Assembly: GCA_025361735.1 (NCBI GenBank)
Contig: JANYKD010000125.1
Location: 136-64,135, forward strand
DNA: 64,000 nucleotides
Direction: 5' to 3'
Source: Phycisphaerales bacterium
GTDB lineage: Bacteria > Planctomycetota > Phycisphaerae > Tepidisphaerales > Tepidisphaeraceae
Translations under genes and position numbers: made by a program
The notes under the pieces: generated by a model
Told to the model about the DNA's origin: nothing
The model's input: the letters and a program-made list of their open reading frames with translations, nothing else
The model's database searches: none
Part shown: positions 34,783 through 44,205 of the stretch, in pieces
Layout of the letters: every line of letters starts with the position of its first letter
How positions within the stretch are numbered: the first letter of the stretch is position 1

Positions 34783-37700
34783 TCATGGCAGATGGACACT
34801 GAGTTCGACCTTCAAATCATCCAGCAAATTCTGGGGCAGCGGGACGAACAGCATGCCCGCGCATACGCCCTCGTCGTCATCGCCGAGCCACTGGCCCTCT
34901 CCATCTCGGTCAGCCGTCGGATCGCCGCCGGTCAGGATGTCAAAGATCTGGGCACGGGTGCGGAGGACATCGAACATCCGCTCGTCATAGGTGGCGGCCA
35001 GGTACGGTAGCGCCACATCTAGCCCCGGCAATGCCAACTGTCTGGCGACCGCCCCGCGCCGCTCCCGCTCCGCTTTGCTCCCAATGCGGTCGGTGCGCCC
35101 GGTCCTCTGCTCGATGGTCGCAGGATTCCAGCCCAGATCATAGTGGATGACGTGGCTGCATTCGCGGTGCAGGTCGATGCCCTCCTGGCCCACGGAGGTA
35201 CAGATCAAGATCTCGGGCAGGAGCGGCGTATTGAAGCCGCAGAAGATTGCATTGCGCGAATCGGACGTCGTGCTTCCTTGGACCAGCGCCACGGCCTCCG
35301 CTCTGGAATTCATCGCATATGCCAGATAGTCCTCACGTTCCTTGCTGCTCATCCGGCCCAGTTCCCGGAGAAACTCGTGGATGCGCTGGGCCAATGTTTC
35401 GCCGACGTGGCCGGTGCTAATCGGCTGATGGAATCCGTGAAAGAGGCTGACGGCCCAGGTTTCGTCATGCCCACTGAACACCGCCGTAGGCATCCGCAGC
35501 AGGATGTCATCACGGAGGATGGCTCGCGTGATCGCGTCGATGGCTGTGCTACGAGCAGCCCAGTTCCAGTCCTCAACATCCGCGTCCTTCCGCAACGTGA
35601 TGGCGAACATTGCGTCTCGCAACTGTCCAACCAAAGTCCGATCCGCTTCAGCGAGCCCATCCAATACCGGCCCGTATGCGCCCAGCAGGTTTGGCCCCCG
35701 AATCAAAGCCGTCAAGACGGTTTCGCGGCCACTGGCCTGGCGAGCCAGCAGTTCTTGCTCCAGCTGGGTTGCGTGCTCGGAATCGGCGGTAACAAGATCA
35801 TAGTGGGCGGCAAGGCTTGAGCGGGCGGCCCGCTCCGTCGCCTCGGCGTCGTCCGTGTTTCCTCCGGTCGAAGACACGGCTTGGCCATAGCGGTCGCACA
35901 CCCAGCTTTCCTGCGCCATCAGTTCCAGCAACCGCATCGTCCTCTGGCGATCCCGCTCGGAGGCCAGCAACTCGGGTGAAGACGCCAGAAATCGGCTCGC
36001 CCACAAATGCTCTATGGCCCGGTGGAGGAACACGCGATCCGGTCGCTCCATGTTGGGAAACAACCTGCGCCCCCGCACCTGAGCGCGGGCGGCGAGCCTG
36101 GCCAGCATCTTCAGGTCATCCCGCGTCAGTTCGGGTATCGACCAGTTCATCTGCAGGAGCCAGCCAATCAGGACTCGGTCCAAGAACAGGGGTACTCCCG
36201 AACTCTCGCGTGCCGTAAGTGACCGGCGGAATGCCTGCATGGCCTTGTCCCGATCCGACTCGCTTGCGGCCTCCGTCCCGCGTGCCTTGAGCAGCGCGGT
36301 GCGCTGCTTCTTGAGCTGGTCCTCAATCCGGCGCGACAACGTGTCATGGAGAGCCTGAGCCGTTGGCACGCGGAAGCAGAATACGAGAGACTTCTCGCCA
36401 CGGTTCCATCTCGCCATCACCGCATCCACTACGCAACGCAGCTTCGGGTGGCCGGCGTCCTTCGCAGTGTCTCCCTTGCCGGTGAGCCGCTGGAGCAGCT
36501 TTAGCAGGCCGGCAGAGCCATCGTCGGCAGCCGCCGCGATGGCCTTGCGACCCTCCTGACTCTCCCACATCGTGGTGTAGCAGCCAGTCAGCGCCGTGCC
36601 CAAGGCCGTGCGGTGGCGACCCTGACTGGCCGCCGCCACGACCTTCATCAGCAGGTACTGCACCAGTTCCTCGCGGGGCTCTAGTGGCTGTCCCGGAGCC
36701 AGATGCAGGCGATCCTGGTCCGGCCGCAATTCCAGGCCGCCGGCGGGCGGATACTCCCGGCCGACCCAGTAGCGCCGGTGCTGCGTGCAGCGGCGGTGGC
36801 GAATGATCAGCGGCCGCATCGCGCGCTCCAGAGCTTCATTGGCGGTGCGCAACTCGATGGCCCGCTTGAAGAAAGGCTTGAGCGCTCCGGGAATCTGCGC
36901 CACGGCCGCTGCGGTGTCTGTCACTTCGGTATTGATCCGGCTCCACATCTCGGCGATGACCGCCTGACGCGGATCGTCCACGCCGGGCAAAATGGCGGCT
37001 GGGTCAAAGAGTGTCGAATTCCATCGGACCATCTGATCGGCCAGCGAACCCCATTCGCGGGAGAAAGCCCCGCCAGCTTGTGCCGATGCTTCCATGCACT
37101 GAGCAAGGCGATCGCGCTTTCGTTGCAGCTCCTCCACTCGATAAATACCAATCGCCGGGTCCATGTGATCGACGACATTGAGGACGTTCACCGTCTCCTG
37201 CGGATTAAGCTGAAATGGCGTTGCCGTCAGCAGGAGCATCCGCTTGGCGTGTGGCGCGATGAACTCACGGATTGAGCAGAAGTCGCCGGTTTCGTTGTTG
37301 CGCCAATGGTGCGCTTCGTCGCTGATGACCAACGGTAACCGTTTGCGAAGCAGGTAGGGCCACAGTCTCTTGAACACGTCGCGGAACTTGTCCTTCAATT
37401 TACGGAACCACGTCAGCCAATCATCATAGGCACTGGTACGCCGATCTGCTGGCCGCCGCATAGGCACAGCCTGGCAGAAGCGTCGCAGATCCTCCAACTG
37501 CTGCTCTCCGCCATTGCGGCAGAATCGGTCCAGAGCCTGTTGTAGATCGGCGTACGTGATGCTGACTTCTTTGAACATCCGCCACTGCCCTCGCGGTTCC
37601 CAGTTTTCCCGCTCGCGGTCGGTAGCCGCCAGGAAACGCTCATGGCCCCGCCAGTCCCACAGTTCGATGTCGTATTCGCTCCGACCAGCCCAAGCGGCAG

Positions 37701-38337
37701 CGTCGTCCCATTCGCCTGAGCCAACAGTCTCCGACAGGCCCCGGATAATGTGATAGCGTTCCCGCATCTGCAGACCCTTGCCCCACCAGCGGAATAAGCA
37801 GGCAGTGATGAACCGCACTGCCGGGTCCGAGAGCCGCTTGGTGAAGATGCTGGACTGGGCCACCATGATGACCGGCGCGCGGCGTCGCAGGTCGTCGGCG
37901 CGCAGGATGTTTTGCAGCAACTGGTCGGCCGATTCGCAAAGGATGGACTGGAACCAGGCCGTCCTTTGTCCATCGCAGGCGCAGCGCGTCAGCAGCGCCT
38001 CGTCCTCGCGGTCCCACTTGCTGGCAAGCGTTGGATTGCCTCCAGGCGTAAGGACCAAGATGCAACGATAGCAATCCGCGAGTTCCTCCAACTCCTGGGC
38101 TCGCGCCGTGTCGCGAAGAACCGAGAGGATCGCATAGCCCGCCGCCAGCGCCACGAACGTCTTGCCCATTCCCACCTCGTCGGCCAGCAATTGGACCTCG
38201 CGCCGCTCGCTGACAGGGCCGAAAAACGCGCGGAGAATCTGGTTGACGGTGGCCGTCTGACGCTCGGCGTCGACGCGGCTGATGCGTTCCCGGTCCTTGC
38301 CCAAGTCGATCAAAGATGTATCCAGCGTCGGGATCAT
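34783..38337 (-). CDS. Second SF2/SNF2-like helicase (1184 aa)
   Basis: 'LLADEVGMGKTFVAL', 'LVISDEAHHWRN', 'LLLTATPFQL', 'CTSVGQEGIDLH' and 'HYDLGWNPATIEQRTGRTDRIGS'. An ATGA overlap joins it to the upstream PLD gene. Confidence 0.8.
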   Translation of the reverse strand: MIPTLDTSLIDLGKDRERISRVDAERQTATVNQILRAFFGPVSERREVQLLADEVGMGKTFVALAAGYAILSVLRDTARAQELEELADCYRCILVLTPGGNPTLASKWDREDEALLTRCACDGQRTAWFQSILCESADQLLQNILRADDLRRRAPVIMVAQSSIFTKRLSDPAVRFITACLFRWWGKGLQMRERYHIIRGLSETVGSGEWDDAAAWAGRSEYDIELWDWRGHERFLAATDRERENWEPRGQWRMFKEVSITYADLQQALDRFCRNGGEQQLEDLRRFCQAVPMRRPADRRTSAYDDWLTWFRKLKDKFRDVFKRLWPYLLRKRLPLVISDEAHHWRNNETGDFCSIREFIAPHAKRMLLLTATPFQLNPQETVNVLNVVDHMDPAIGIYRVEELQRKRDRLAQCMEASAQAGGAFSREWGSLADQMVRWNSTLFDPAAILPGVDDPRQAVIAEMWSRINTEVTDTAAAVAQIPGALKPFFKRAIELRTANEALERAMRPLIIRHRRCTQHRRYWVGREYPPAGGLELRPDQDRLHLAPGQPLEPREELVQYLLMKVVAAASQGRHRTALGTALTGCYTTMWESQEGRKAIAAAADDGSAGLLKLLQRLTGKGDTAKDAGHPKLRCVVDAVMARWNRGEKSLVFCFRVPTAQALHDTLSRRIEDQLKKQRTALLKARGTEAASESDRDKAMQAFRRSLTARESSGVPLFLDRVLIGWLLQMNWSIPELTRDDLKMLARLAARAQVRGRRLFPNMERPDRVFLHRAIEHLWASRFLASSPELLASERDRQRTMRLLELMAQESWVCDRYGQAVSSTGGNTDDAEATERAARSSLAAHYDLVTADSEHATQLEQELLARQASGRETVLTALIRGPNLLGAYGPVLDGLAEADRTLVGQLRDAMFAITLRKDADVEDWNWAARSTAIDAITRAILRDDILLRMPTAVFSGHDETWAVSLFHGFHQPISTGHVGETLAQRIHEFLRELGRMSSKEREDYLAYAMNSRAEAVALVQGSTTSDSRNAIFCGFNTPLLPEILICTSVGQEGIDLHRECSHVIHYDLGWNPATIEQRTGRTDRIGSKAERERRGAVARQLALPGLDVALPYLAATYDERMFDVLRTRAQIFDILTGGDPTADRDGEGQWLGDDDEGVCAGMLFVPLPQNLLDDLKVELSVHLP

Positions 38338-40526
38338 ACAATTCCTCCCTCGAAAGCCAGTTCCCCAGTGGGTTCCTTCTCGGCGAGCACCGCCATCCAG
38401 CGGTTGGCCAACCCGGCCGGAAGCAGCGAGCGCACATATGCGGCAAATTCCCGGTCATCCCTGATGGCGCTGAGCTTCGCCGTGATCTGCTGGACCATTG
38501 CGAAAATCCGATCCAAGGTCCGTCGGCGCACCAGCTCGAAGGCAGCGCCGACCTCGGGGGATTGCTCGACGTGGGCCGCCCACGACAACTCACCCACGAC
38601 ACGGATCAGCTCCACCAACTGAAACGCCGCAGCGGTCGCCGAGCGCCGGCCGGCGTATAACGCCTGAACAACCTGCTCCGCCAGACTCACGGGGCTCAGG
38701 TCACCCAGAAGGGCCTGTTCGGCCGCCCGTGGTGAGAACGACGCTTCTTGGACCGCCCGCGTTAGACCGTAGAGACCCTCCACAAACTCGCGCACGATGT
38801 AGTTTTGAAGCTGCCGGAGTCGCTCGGAATCCGCCGGAAGGATGCTGGCCGGCGGCAAGCCAGCGCTCGCCTGTTGTTCGAGCCGAGTGAGCAGGTCCTC
38901 CTCCGAGATGCGCCCATGGAAATAGGCCAGGAGTTGCTCTTCCGACGGCTTTGCCCCCAGCACGCTGGGCATGGCCGCCTTGCTCTCGTACAGCACGTTC
39001 ACGGGAAACAGGGCCGAGCGAGCGTCATCCTCCCACACGACCTGCACCATGCGCCGGGCCAGGACATGACGCACCTGAGCCGCCGTCAACGGTGCGCGAA
39101 GGTGGGGCTCGGCTCCTGCTGACAGGACGAAGCTCGCCTCCGCCGCGCTATCTGGCCCCGCCGGGAAAACGACGCGGAAGGCCGGCGTTGCGGGAAGCCG
39201 CAAATGCAAGTGCAGCTCGCCATCCGGTTCCGGCAGGTGCTCCCAGTGAATCGCCAGTTCAATACGCTGGATGAACGCAGGCCAGTCGGGCAGTTGAGCC
39301 TCCTCTTCCGGCGGATCGCGCAGGTCGTCGACCGAGCACGTTGCCCAGTCAACGGCTTGCTTGCCCAGCGGCGGCAGCCATGTCTCAGGGTTCCACTGAC
39401 CGCGCCGCCACTTGAGCAGCACGCAGGCTTCGATATTGGCGGCCGTGGGATCGCGGAGCACGCCCAGCCCCTGACGGGTGAAGTTGGCCGAGCCCACCAT
39501 CGCCAGCACGGTGTTCGGGCCGGCCAGCACGGTCCACTTCGCGTGCAGGTCGCGATTCTCTGCCGCCTTGCCGTCGGGGATTTCCTCCTCGGCGGCATCC
39601 AGCCGCGCCGGCACGATTCGTCCCCGCTGCACAGGAAATCCATGCTCCCGCAGATGCCTCACCAGTGCGAAGGGGAATCGCGGCAGCGCCGTGTCATTGG
39701 CCGACTCGGCCCGCGCGATGATCTCCATGTGGCTATCCGCGAGCGAGGCACGCTTGGCTTCCAGTGCGCCGGCGATGGCCTCGAAAGGGCTGCTTGCGGC
39801 GTTGTCCTGAACCTGCGGCCAGAACGGGGAGCAGATGTACCAGCGCAAGACCGGCTCGCCCTCTGGCCAGGCATCGGCGAACTGCCGCCACAGTGGCACC
39901 ACGCCGCCGCCGAACACGATCTGGGGCAGCAGGTCCTCCCGCGTGGGGCTGACCACCGGCCATCGCTGAACCTGCCGGGCAACGCCGTTCAGCACGCGGC
40001 GGACCTGATCATCGGCCGAATCGCCCAGTGCCTCCAGCCATCGCGTCACGGCGATGGTCAACACTCCGGGCGGCAGCTTGCCTTGCTCGTGGAAGTCCAA
40101 CACCACGGCCATCTCCCGCTGCCGCCGAAACCCCTCGTGCGTCAAATTGGCCGAGCCCACGATCAGACGAATGCGGTTCTGGCGGTGGATCAGGATGACC
40201 TTGGCGTGATGAAGCCTGTGACCAATCGGCAGCACGTCGACGCGCAGCGTCGGTCGGGCACCGGCGGCTACCGCATGGGCGTCGCAGATCAAACTCACAT
40301 CGCTGGTCGCCAGCGTGCGATCCATCGTGACGGGCGAGGCGTAGCCTCGGTCTCGGATGCTGCCGAGTCCCAGCAGCGTGGGCAGGAAGTCCTGCCCGAA
40401 GAAGTCTGGCTGGTCCAGGGACAGACCGTAGGTGGAGAAGACGGCCCCAATCAGTGGCCCATCGGCCTCGCTCGGCCGCACCCAGTCGATCATGGCATTG
40501 CTGCCATCGTGATTCTTGCTTGCCAT
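38334..40526 (-). CDS. Phospholipase-D-family nuclease with two HKD motifs (DrmC-like)
   Basis: 'HHAKVILIHRQNRIRLIVGSANLTHEGF' and 'LHAKWTVLAGPNTVLAMVGSANFTRQGL'. The SD 'gaggggag' sits in the 12-nt gap to the upstream gene. Confidence 0.85.
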   Translation of the reverse strand: MASKNHDGSNAMIDWVRPSEADGPLIGAVFSTYGLSLDQPDFFGQDFLPTLLGLGSIRDRGYASPVTMDRTLATSDVSLICDAHAVAAGARPTLRVDVLPIGHRLHHAKVILIHRQNRIRLIVGSANLTHEGFRRQREMAVVLDFHEQGKLPPGVLTIAVTRWLEALGDSADDQVRRVLNGVARQVQRWPVVSPTREDLLPQIVFGGGVVPLWRQFADAWPEGEPVLRWYICSPFWPQVQDNAASSPFEAIAGALEAKRASLADSHMEIIARAESANDTALPRFPFALVRHLREHGFPVQRGRIVPARLDAAEEEIPDGKAAENRDLHAKWTVLAGPNTVLAMVGSANFTRQGLGVLRDPTAANIEACVLLKWRRGQWNPETWLPPLGKQAVDWATCSVDDLRDPPEEEAQLPDWPAFIQRIELAIHWEHLPEPDGELHLHLRLPATPAFRVVFPAGPDSAAEASFVLSAGAEPHLRAPLTAAQVRHVLARRMVQVVWEDDARSALFPVNVLYESKAAMPSVLGAKPSEEQLLAYFHGRISEEDLLTRLEQQASAGLPPASILPADSERLRQLQNYIVREFVEGLYGLTRAVQEASFSPRAAEQALLGDLSPVSLAEQVVQALYAGRRSATAAAFQLVELIRVVGELSWAAHVEQSPEVGAAFELVRRRTLDRIFAMVQQITAKLSAIRDDREFAAYVRSLLPAGLANRWMAVLAEKEPTGELAFEGGIV

Positions 40527-40538
40527 TGAAAACTCCCC

Positions 40539-41939
40539 TCACGAAATCCGACACAATCGAATGAACTGCCTGGCTCCGTGCGTGCGATACGGATGCCGGG
40601 CCATGTCTGTCCATGACTGGGCCGCCTGGGACGGCTCCAGGCCGAAACGTTGAGCGGTCAAACGCACAACCACCCCCTCGCCGCCTTCCAACTTGATCCA
40701 AGGCCCCTTGGGCAGCCCACCATCGAACTTGCCTTCTTGGACCCGGGCGTGGCGGCGCAGAATCTCCTGGCAAACGGCGACCGGTTCGCGGATGCCGGCC
40801 AGAACCTGGGCCAAGCTCACCAGCCCGGTCTTGGTCAGGGCCTGCCGCGCCTGACCAAGACCATCCTGCTCCGGCGCACTGTCCAGTTCCGTGAGAAACC
40901 GACGGGCGGCGAGAGAAATGTCCTGCGTGGCGTGAACAACGGCACTGGCGTCCGCCGCCGCCTCGATCTCGGCTTGGCCGCGATCCGTTGCTGCTGCCCG
41001 TAACTGGTCAAAGATGAACGCGGCGCACTGGTACATCCGCTCATACGGCTCGATGGCTTGCAGAGAAATACGAATACGTTTCGTCGCTTCGCCGTCCGGA
41101 TCAGCCCATGATGTGTCTTCACGCGTGATTCGGCCCAGGCACGTCGCCAGGAGCGCCGGCTCTTCCATGTCGCCGTCCAGGCAGCTGCGCAGCAGGCGGA
41201 GCATCACCCAGCGTGTCCGATCGTCGGATTCCGCCTCTTCGCTACCGCGCAGGGCCTCGCGCAGGCATCGAGCCTCCTCGGCCGAGAGCGTCCCCGCATG
41301 GGCCTCGCGGCCCCATCCCCCCAAGCCGTCTACGGGCAGGCGCACATCGTCCACTAGCGCAGGCAGGCCATGGATGGACGGAGCGGGAAAGGCGTTGGCC
41401 AGTTCCTCGCCCAGAGGGCGCAACGTGAGCGTATTCATGTCGGCCAGGTGCAGCGACTCCAAGAATGTGCTGTACGCGCCGATCCCGCCGTAGCGCACTT
41501 GGTTGGACAGCAGTGCATAGGATATCGGGAGCTTGTCCCTCTGGCCATGCAGGGACAGCCAGCGGTGTACCGACCGCACGCCGCGCAACCCGTCCGTGGC
41601 CTTGCCGCCGATGTCCGGATACTGCTCCGCCAATCCGCAGGACAAGGCCCACGCACGCTCAAAGAGCTTCAGCCGCTCAATGATCTTCCGTCGCCGAGAG
41701 GTGGCAAGGATCTCGTCGCCCACTTCCTGGCGCGCCAGCTGCAAGGCGTGGCACAGCATCCCGGCATACCGAGGCACCGTGGTGATCGTGGTGAAACCCG
41801 GCAGGATTCGATCCGCCAGCGCGATGTAGCCGGCCATGAACCCCAGCGGGTCGATGCTGTCGCTGGCCAGGTCGAGCGGATCGTAGGCCGACCAGAACAG
41901 ATGCATATCGGGTCTGTCGATCAGGAAATCCGTCACCAT
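40539..41939 (-). CDS. Hypothetical protein (466 aa), leading gene of the array
   Basis: I chose the ATG at 41939 because of a strong SD (AAGGAGG, plus-strand 41944-41950). No domain recognised. Confidence 0.55.
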   Translation of the reverse strand: MVTDFLIDRPDMHLFWSAYDPLDLASDSIDPLGFMAGYIALADRILPGFTTITTVPRYAGMLCHALQLARQEVGDEILATSRRRKIIERLKLFERAWALSCGLAEQYPDIGGKATDGLRGVRSVHRWLSLHGQRDKLPISYALLSNQVRYGGIGAYSTFLESLHLADMNTLTLRPLGEELANAFPAPSIHGLPALVDDVRLPVDGLGGWGREAHAGTLSAEEARCLREALRGSEEAESDDRTRWVMLRLLRSCLDGDMEEPALLATCLGRITREDTSWADPDGEATKRIRISLQAIEPYERMYQCAAFIFDQLRAAATDRGQAEIEAAADASAVVHATQDISLAARRFLTELDSAPEQDGLGQARQALTKTGLVSLAQVLAGIREPVAVCQEILRRHARVQEGKFDGGLPKGPWIKLEGGEGVVVRLTAQRFGLEPSQAAQSWTDMARHPYRTHGARQFIRLCRIS

Positions 41940-42235
41940 CCTGCCTCCTTCTCCCAAAAAGAGGTGACCGTCAACGATTGGGCCTCAGTAGACCACATTC
42001 CGCTGTCATCATCAAGACCCCGAGAATGTAGAAATCGGCACTGACGGCGTTATGACAGTGCGATTGATGCAATTCGATTTTGGCTCAGAACAAAATCATT
42101 TGACCTCGGCCTTCGATAACAACACCCGGAGGAAAAACTCCAAGTTGCGGCCGGCTTTGCGGCGTTTCGGCATGCGTTCATTCCGCCTTGGCCTTTAGTA
42201 GCAAACGGCAAGCAACCGCTCATTGTCGCCCTATG

Positions 42236-42925
42236 TCAGCACGGCACGTACTTGTCGAAGTTCGTAAAATACAGCCCGCTCTCCTGAACCGGCAGGCCCA
42301 GGGTCTTGTTCCACACCTGGGCGTAGGTTTGAATCTGGGGGCGGTATTTCTCGACCAGCTTGGGCAGATCCTGCTCATCGTGCCGATCCGTCTTGTAATC
42401 GACGATGACCCAGCCCTTGGCCTCCAGGAAGGCCAGATCGACCACGCCCCGCAGGATCGTGGTCAGGCCATCAGCACCTGCCGGCATGGCCAGTTCAAAA
42501 GGCACCTCGACAAGACAATGGGAGCTTTTGCGGGCGCGCGCCCAGATGCTCGATGCGGTGACCTTCTGCACCATGGCCAATGCCGGATCGACCAGCGAGG
42601 GGCTCAATCCCAATTCAGCCAGAGTGGTGGCCGCCAGGGCTTTCAGATCGGCCGTGGGCCTGGCCATGGCCGTTTCCAGCAGAAGGTGAATCAGCGTGCC
42701 CCATTCCGTGCCGTGCTCAGTTCCTCCGGCCACGGAGGCTGTTCCCTGGAGTGACAGGGCCTTGGCCGCTGCCGTTTGATACGTCTTTTGCGTGCTGTGA
42801 TCCCATCGCGTCTGGACTTCCGTCAGGGCAGCCTTCACTTGAATGCCGCTGAGCTGGATTTTGTTGCCGACGGCCGGCTGTATGGATTGCGGTGGTTGGA
42901 TCTGCGTGGCCTTGACGGTATTCAT
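42236..42925 (-). CDS. RecB/AddB-type PD-(D/E)xK nuclease domain protein (possibly a remnant of a helicase-nuclease)
   Basis: 'GTEHGTEWGTLIHLLLE', 'LRGVVDLAF', 'WVIVDYKTD' and 'QIQTYAQVW' are the canonical RecB nuclease motifs (D, DxK, QxxxY). No helicase part lies upstream. Confidence 0.55.
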   Translation of the reverse strand: MNTVKATQIQPPQSIQPAVGNKIQLSGIQVKAALTEVQTRWDHSTQKTYQTAAAKALSLQGTASVAGGTEHGTEWGTLIHLLLETAMARPTADLKALAATTLAELGLSPSLVDPALAMVQKVTASSIWARARKSSHCLVEVPFELAMPAGADGLTTILRGVVDLAFLEAKGWVIVDYKTDRHDEQDLPKLVEKYRPQIQTYAQVWNKTLGLPVQESGLYFTNFDKYVPC

Positions 42926-43030
42926 ACAGGGCCTTTCTGCGGCCGGTGCCGCTGATTTGTTCGAGTATCCAAATCGCCCTCTGCCGGAGCGCTCCGCACC
43001 GGCAGAGGATGAAACACGCAGCTGCGTCGC

Positions 43031-43660
43031 TCAGTTCTCGCTCTCAAACAAGCGCCTTCGCCGCTCGGCCGCTTGGTCAGGTTCGCCAGTGTTCAGATTT
43101 GCAGCCTCATTTGGGCCGGGGTTCTTGGGATGCAGTTTCGGGCGCGATTTCACATCCCCTTGCCACGCCGCCAGATCGCGTGCAATTTGCCGAGTCACGC
43201 GCCGCAGCGCACGCTTGGGCGAGATCTTGCCATGGGCGACAGCCATGAGCCCCGGCAGGTGCCAGTCCATTTGCCAGATACTCGCAAATGTCTGATGCGC
43301 CAGCGCCGCAACCGGTGGCCGGCGAGCGGCCAAGGGGATGCAGGTGCGGAACGCCACCTTGCCGTCGTCCCAGTTCATCTCGAAGTGGCCGAAAGACAAG
43401 CCCCAGTTGACCAGCGCGATGTACTCGGCGACCGCCGCCCGCCGCCTGCGCGGGACATACACCGGCGCGTTGGTGCAGAACCAGAGAAGCGCGCCATCGT
43501 CTGCGCAGTGGGCCATCCATTCCAACAGCCCGTTGTCTCCGCGTATGCTTCCGGCAATGATCTGCCGATCCTGCTGCTCGAAGGCCCAGCCTCGGCGGGC
43601 CATGTACCGGCGTACAGTCGCCATCACCCGTGTCACCAGTTCCGATGTTGTCTTGGCCAT
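43031..43660 (-). CDS. YbjN-like domain protein (tentative)
   Basis: General resemblance in 'GWAFEQQDRQIIAGSIRGDNGLLEWMAHCADDGALLWF...FEMNWDDGKVAFR'. From memory only. Confidence 0.35.
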   Translation of the reverse strand: MAKTTSELVTRVMATVRRYMARRGWAFEQQDRQIIAGSIRGDNGLLEWMAHCADDGALLWFCTNAPVYVPRRRRAAVAEYIALVNWGLSFGHFEMNWDDGKVAFRTCIPLAARRPPVAALAHQTFASIWQMDWHLPGLMAVAHGKISPKRALRRVTRQIARDLAAWQGDVKSRPKLHPKNPGPNEAANLNTGEPDQAAERRRRLFESEN

Positions 43661-43739
43661 AAACTGCTCCTTCCATCAGGTGTGTATCCAACCGGTCAGA
43701 CAAAGAGACTTTGCGCAGGGCCGACATTTTTTGCCGGGC

Positions 43740-44033
43740 CTAATGCCCGTGGGTTGGCCGCCACGATCGTGGAGGCCGGCCGCAATGCTGGATGGTGACA
43801 ATCCGGGCACCGGCCAGGATCACCGCCAGGCCCCGCGACCTGTCCAAATTCAGGTCGCTGTTGTGCTCCATGCTGCGGGTCATGTTGCCCGAGAGAAAAT
43901 ACCCCAGGCATCCGGCCCCGGCGTTGTATTCCCGGCCCAAATCAATGACCGCTTCGACCGACTGCGGGGAAATGGCCCGGTTTTTGGCCCGATGACTGGC
44001 GTGCTTGGAGAGTTCCAACGTGACCACGTTCAT
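43740..44033 (-). CDS. DUF4258-like small protein (toxin-like fold)
   Basis: 'LSKHASHRAKNRAISPQSVEAVIDLG ... IVTI' fits DUF4258. The ATG at 44033 follows the SD 'aaggag'. Confidence 0.45.
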   Translation of the reverse strand: MNVVTLELSKHASHRAKNRAISPQSVEAVIDLGREYNAGAGCLGYFLSGNMTRSMEHNSDLNLDRSRGLAVILAGARIVTIQHCGRPPRSWRPTHGH

Positions 44034-44205
44034 GACGATCTCCTTTGGCTCTGTGGACACCGATCTTCATTCCCAAACGACGATCGGATTATTCCATCCC
44101 CCACTGACAGCCCCCGGTCAGTGCTCCGCAAAATAATCGTGGACGCGGTTCACGGCCCGGATATAGTGCCGGCGGCAGAAGGAGAACTCGAACCCGGGAG
44201 GAACG

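Noticed and set aside
39204-40529. A 441-aa plus-strand ORF inside the PLD gene, and similar ORFs at 35143-35820, 36703-37275 and 37912-38622
   Set aside because: They are antisense to genes with HKD or helicase motifs and have non-protein-like composition.
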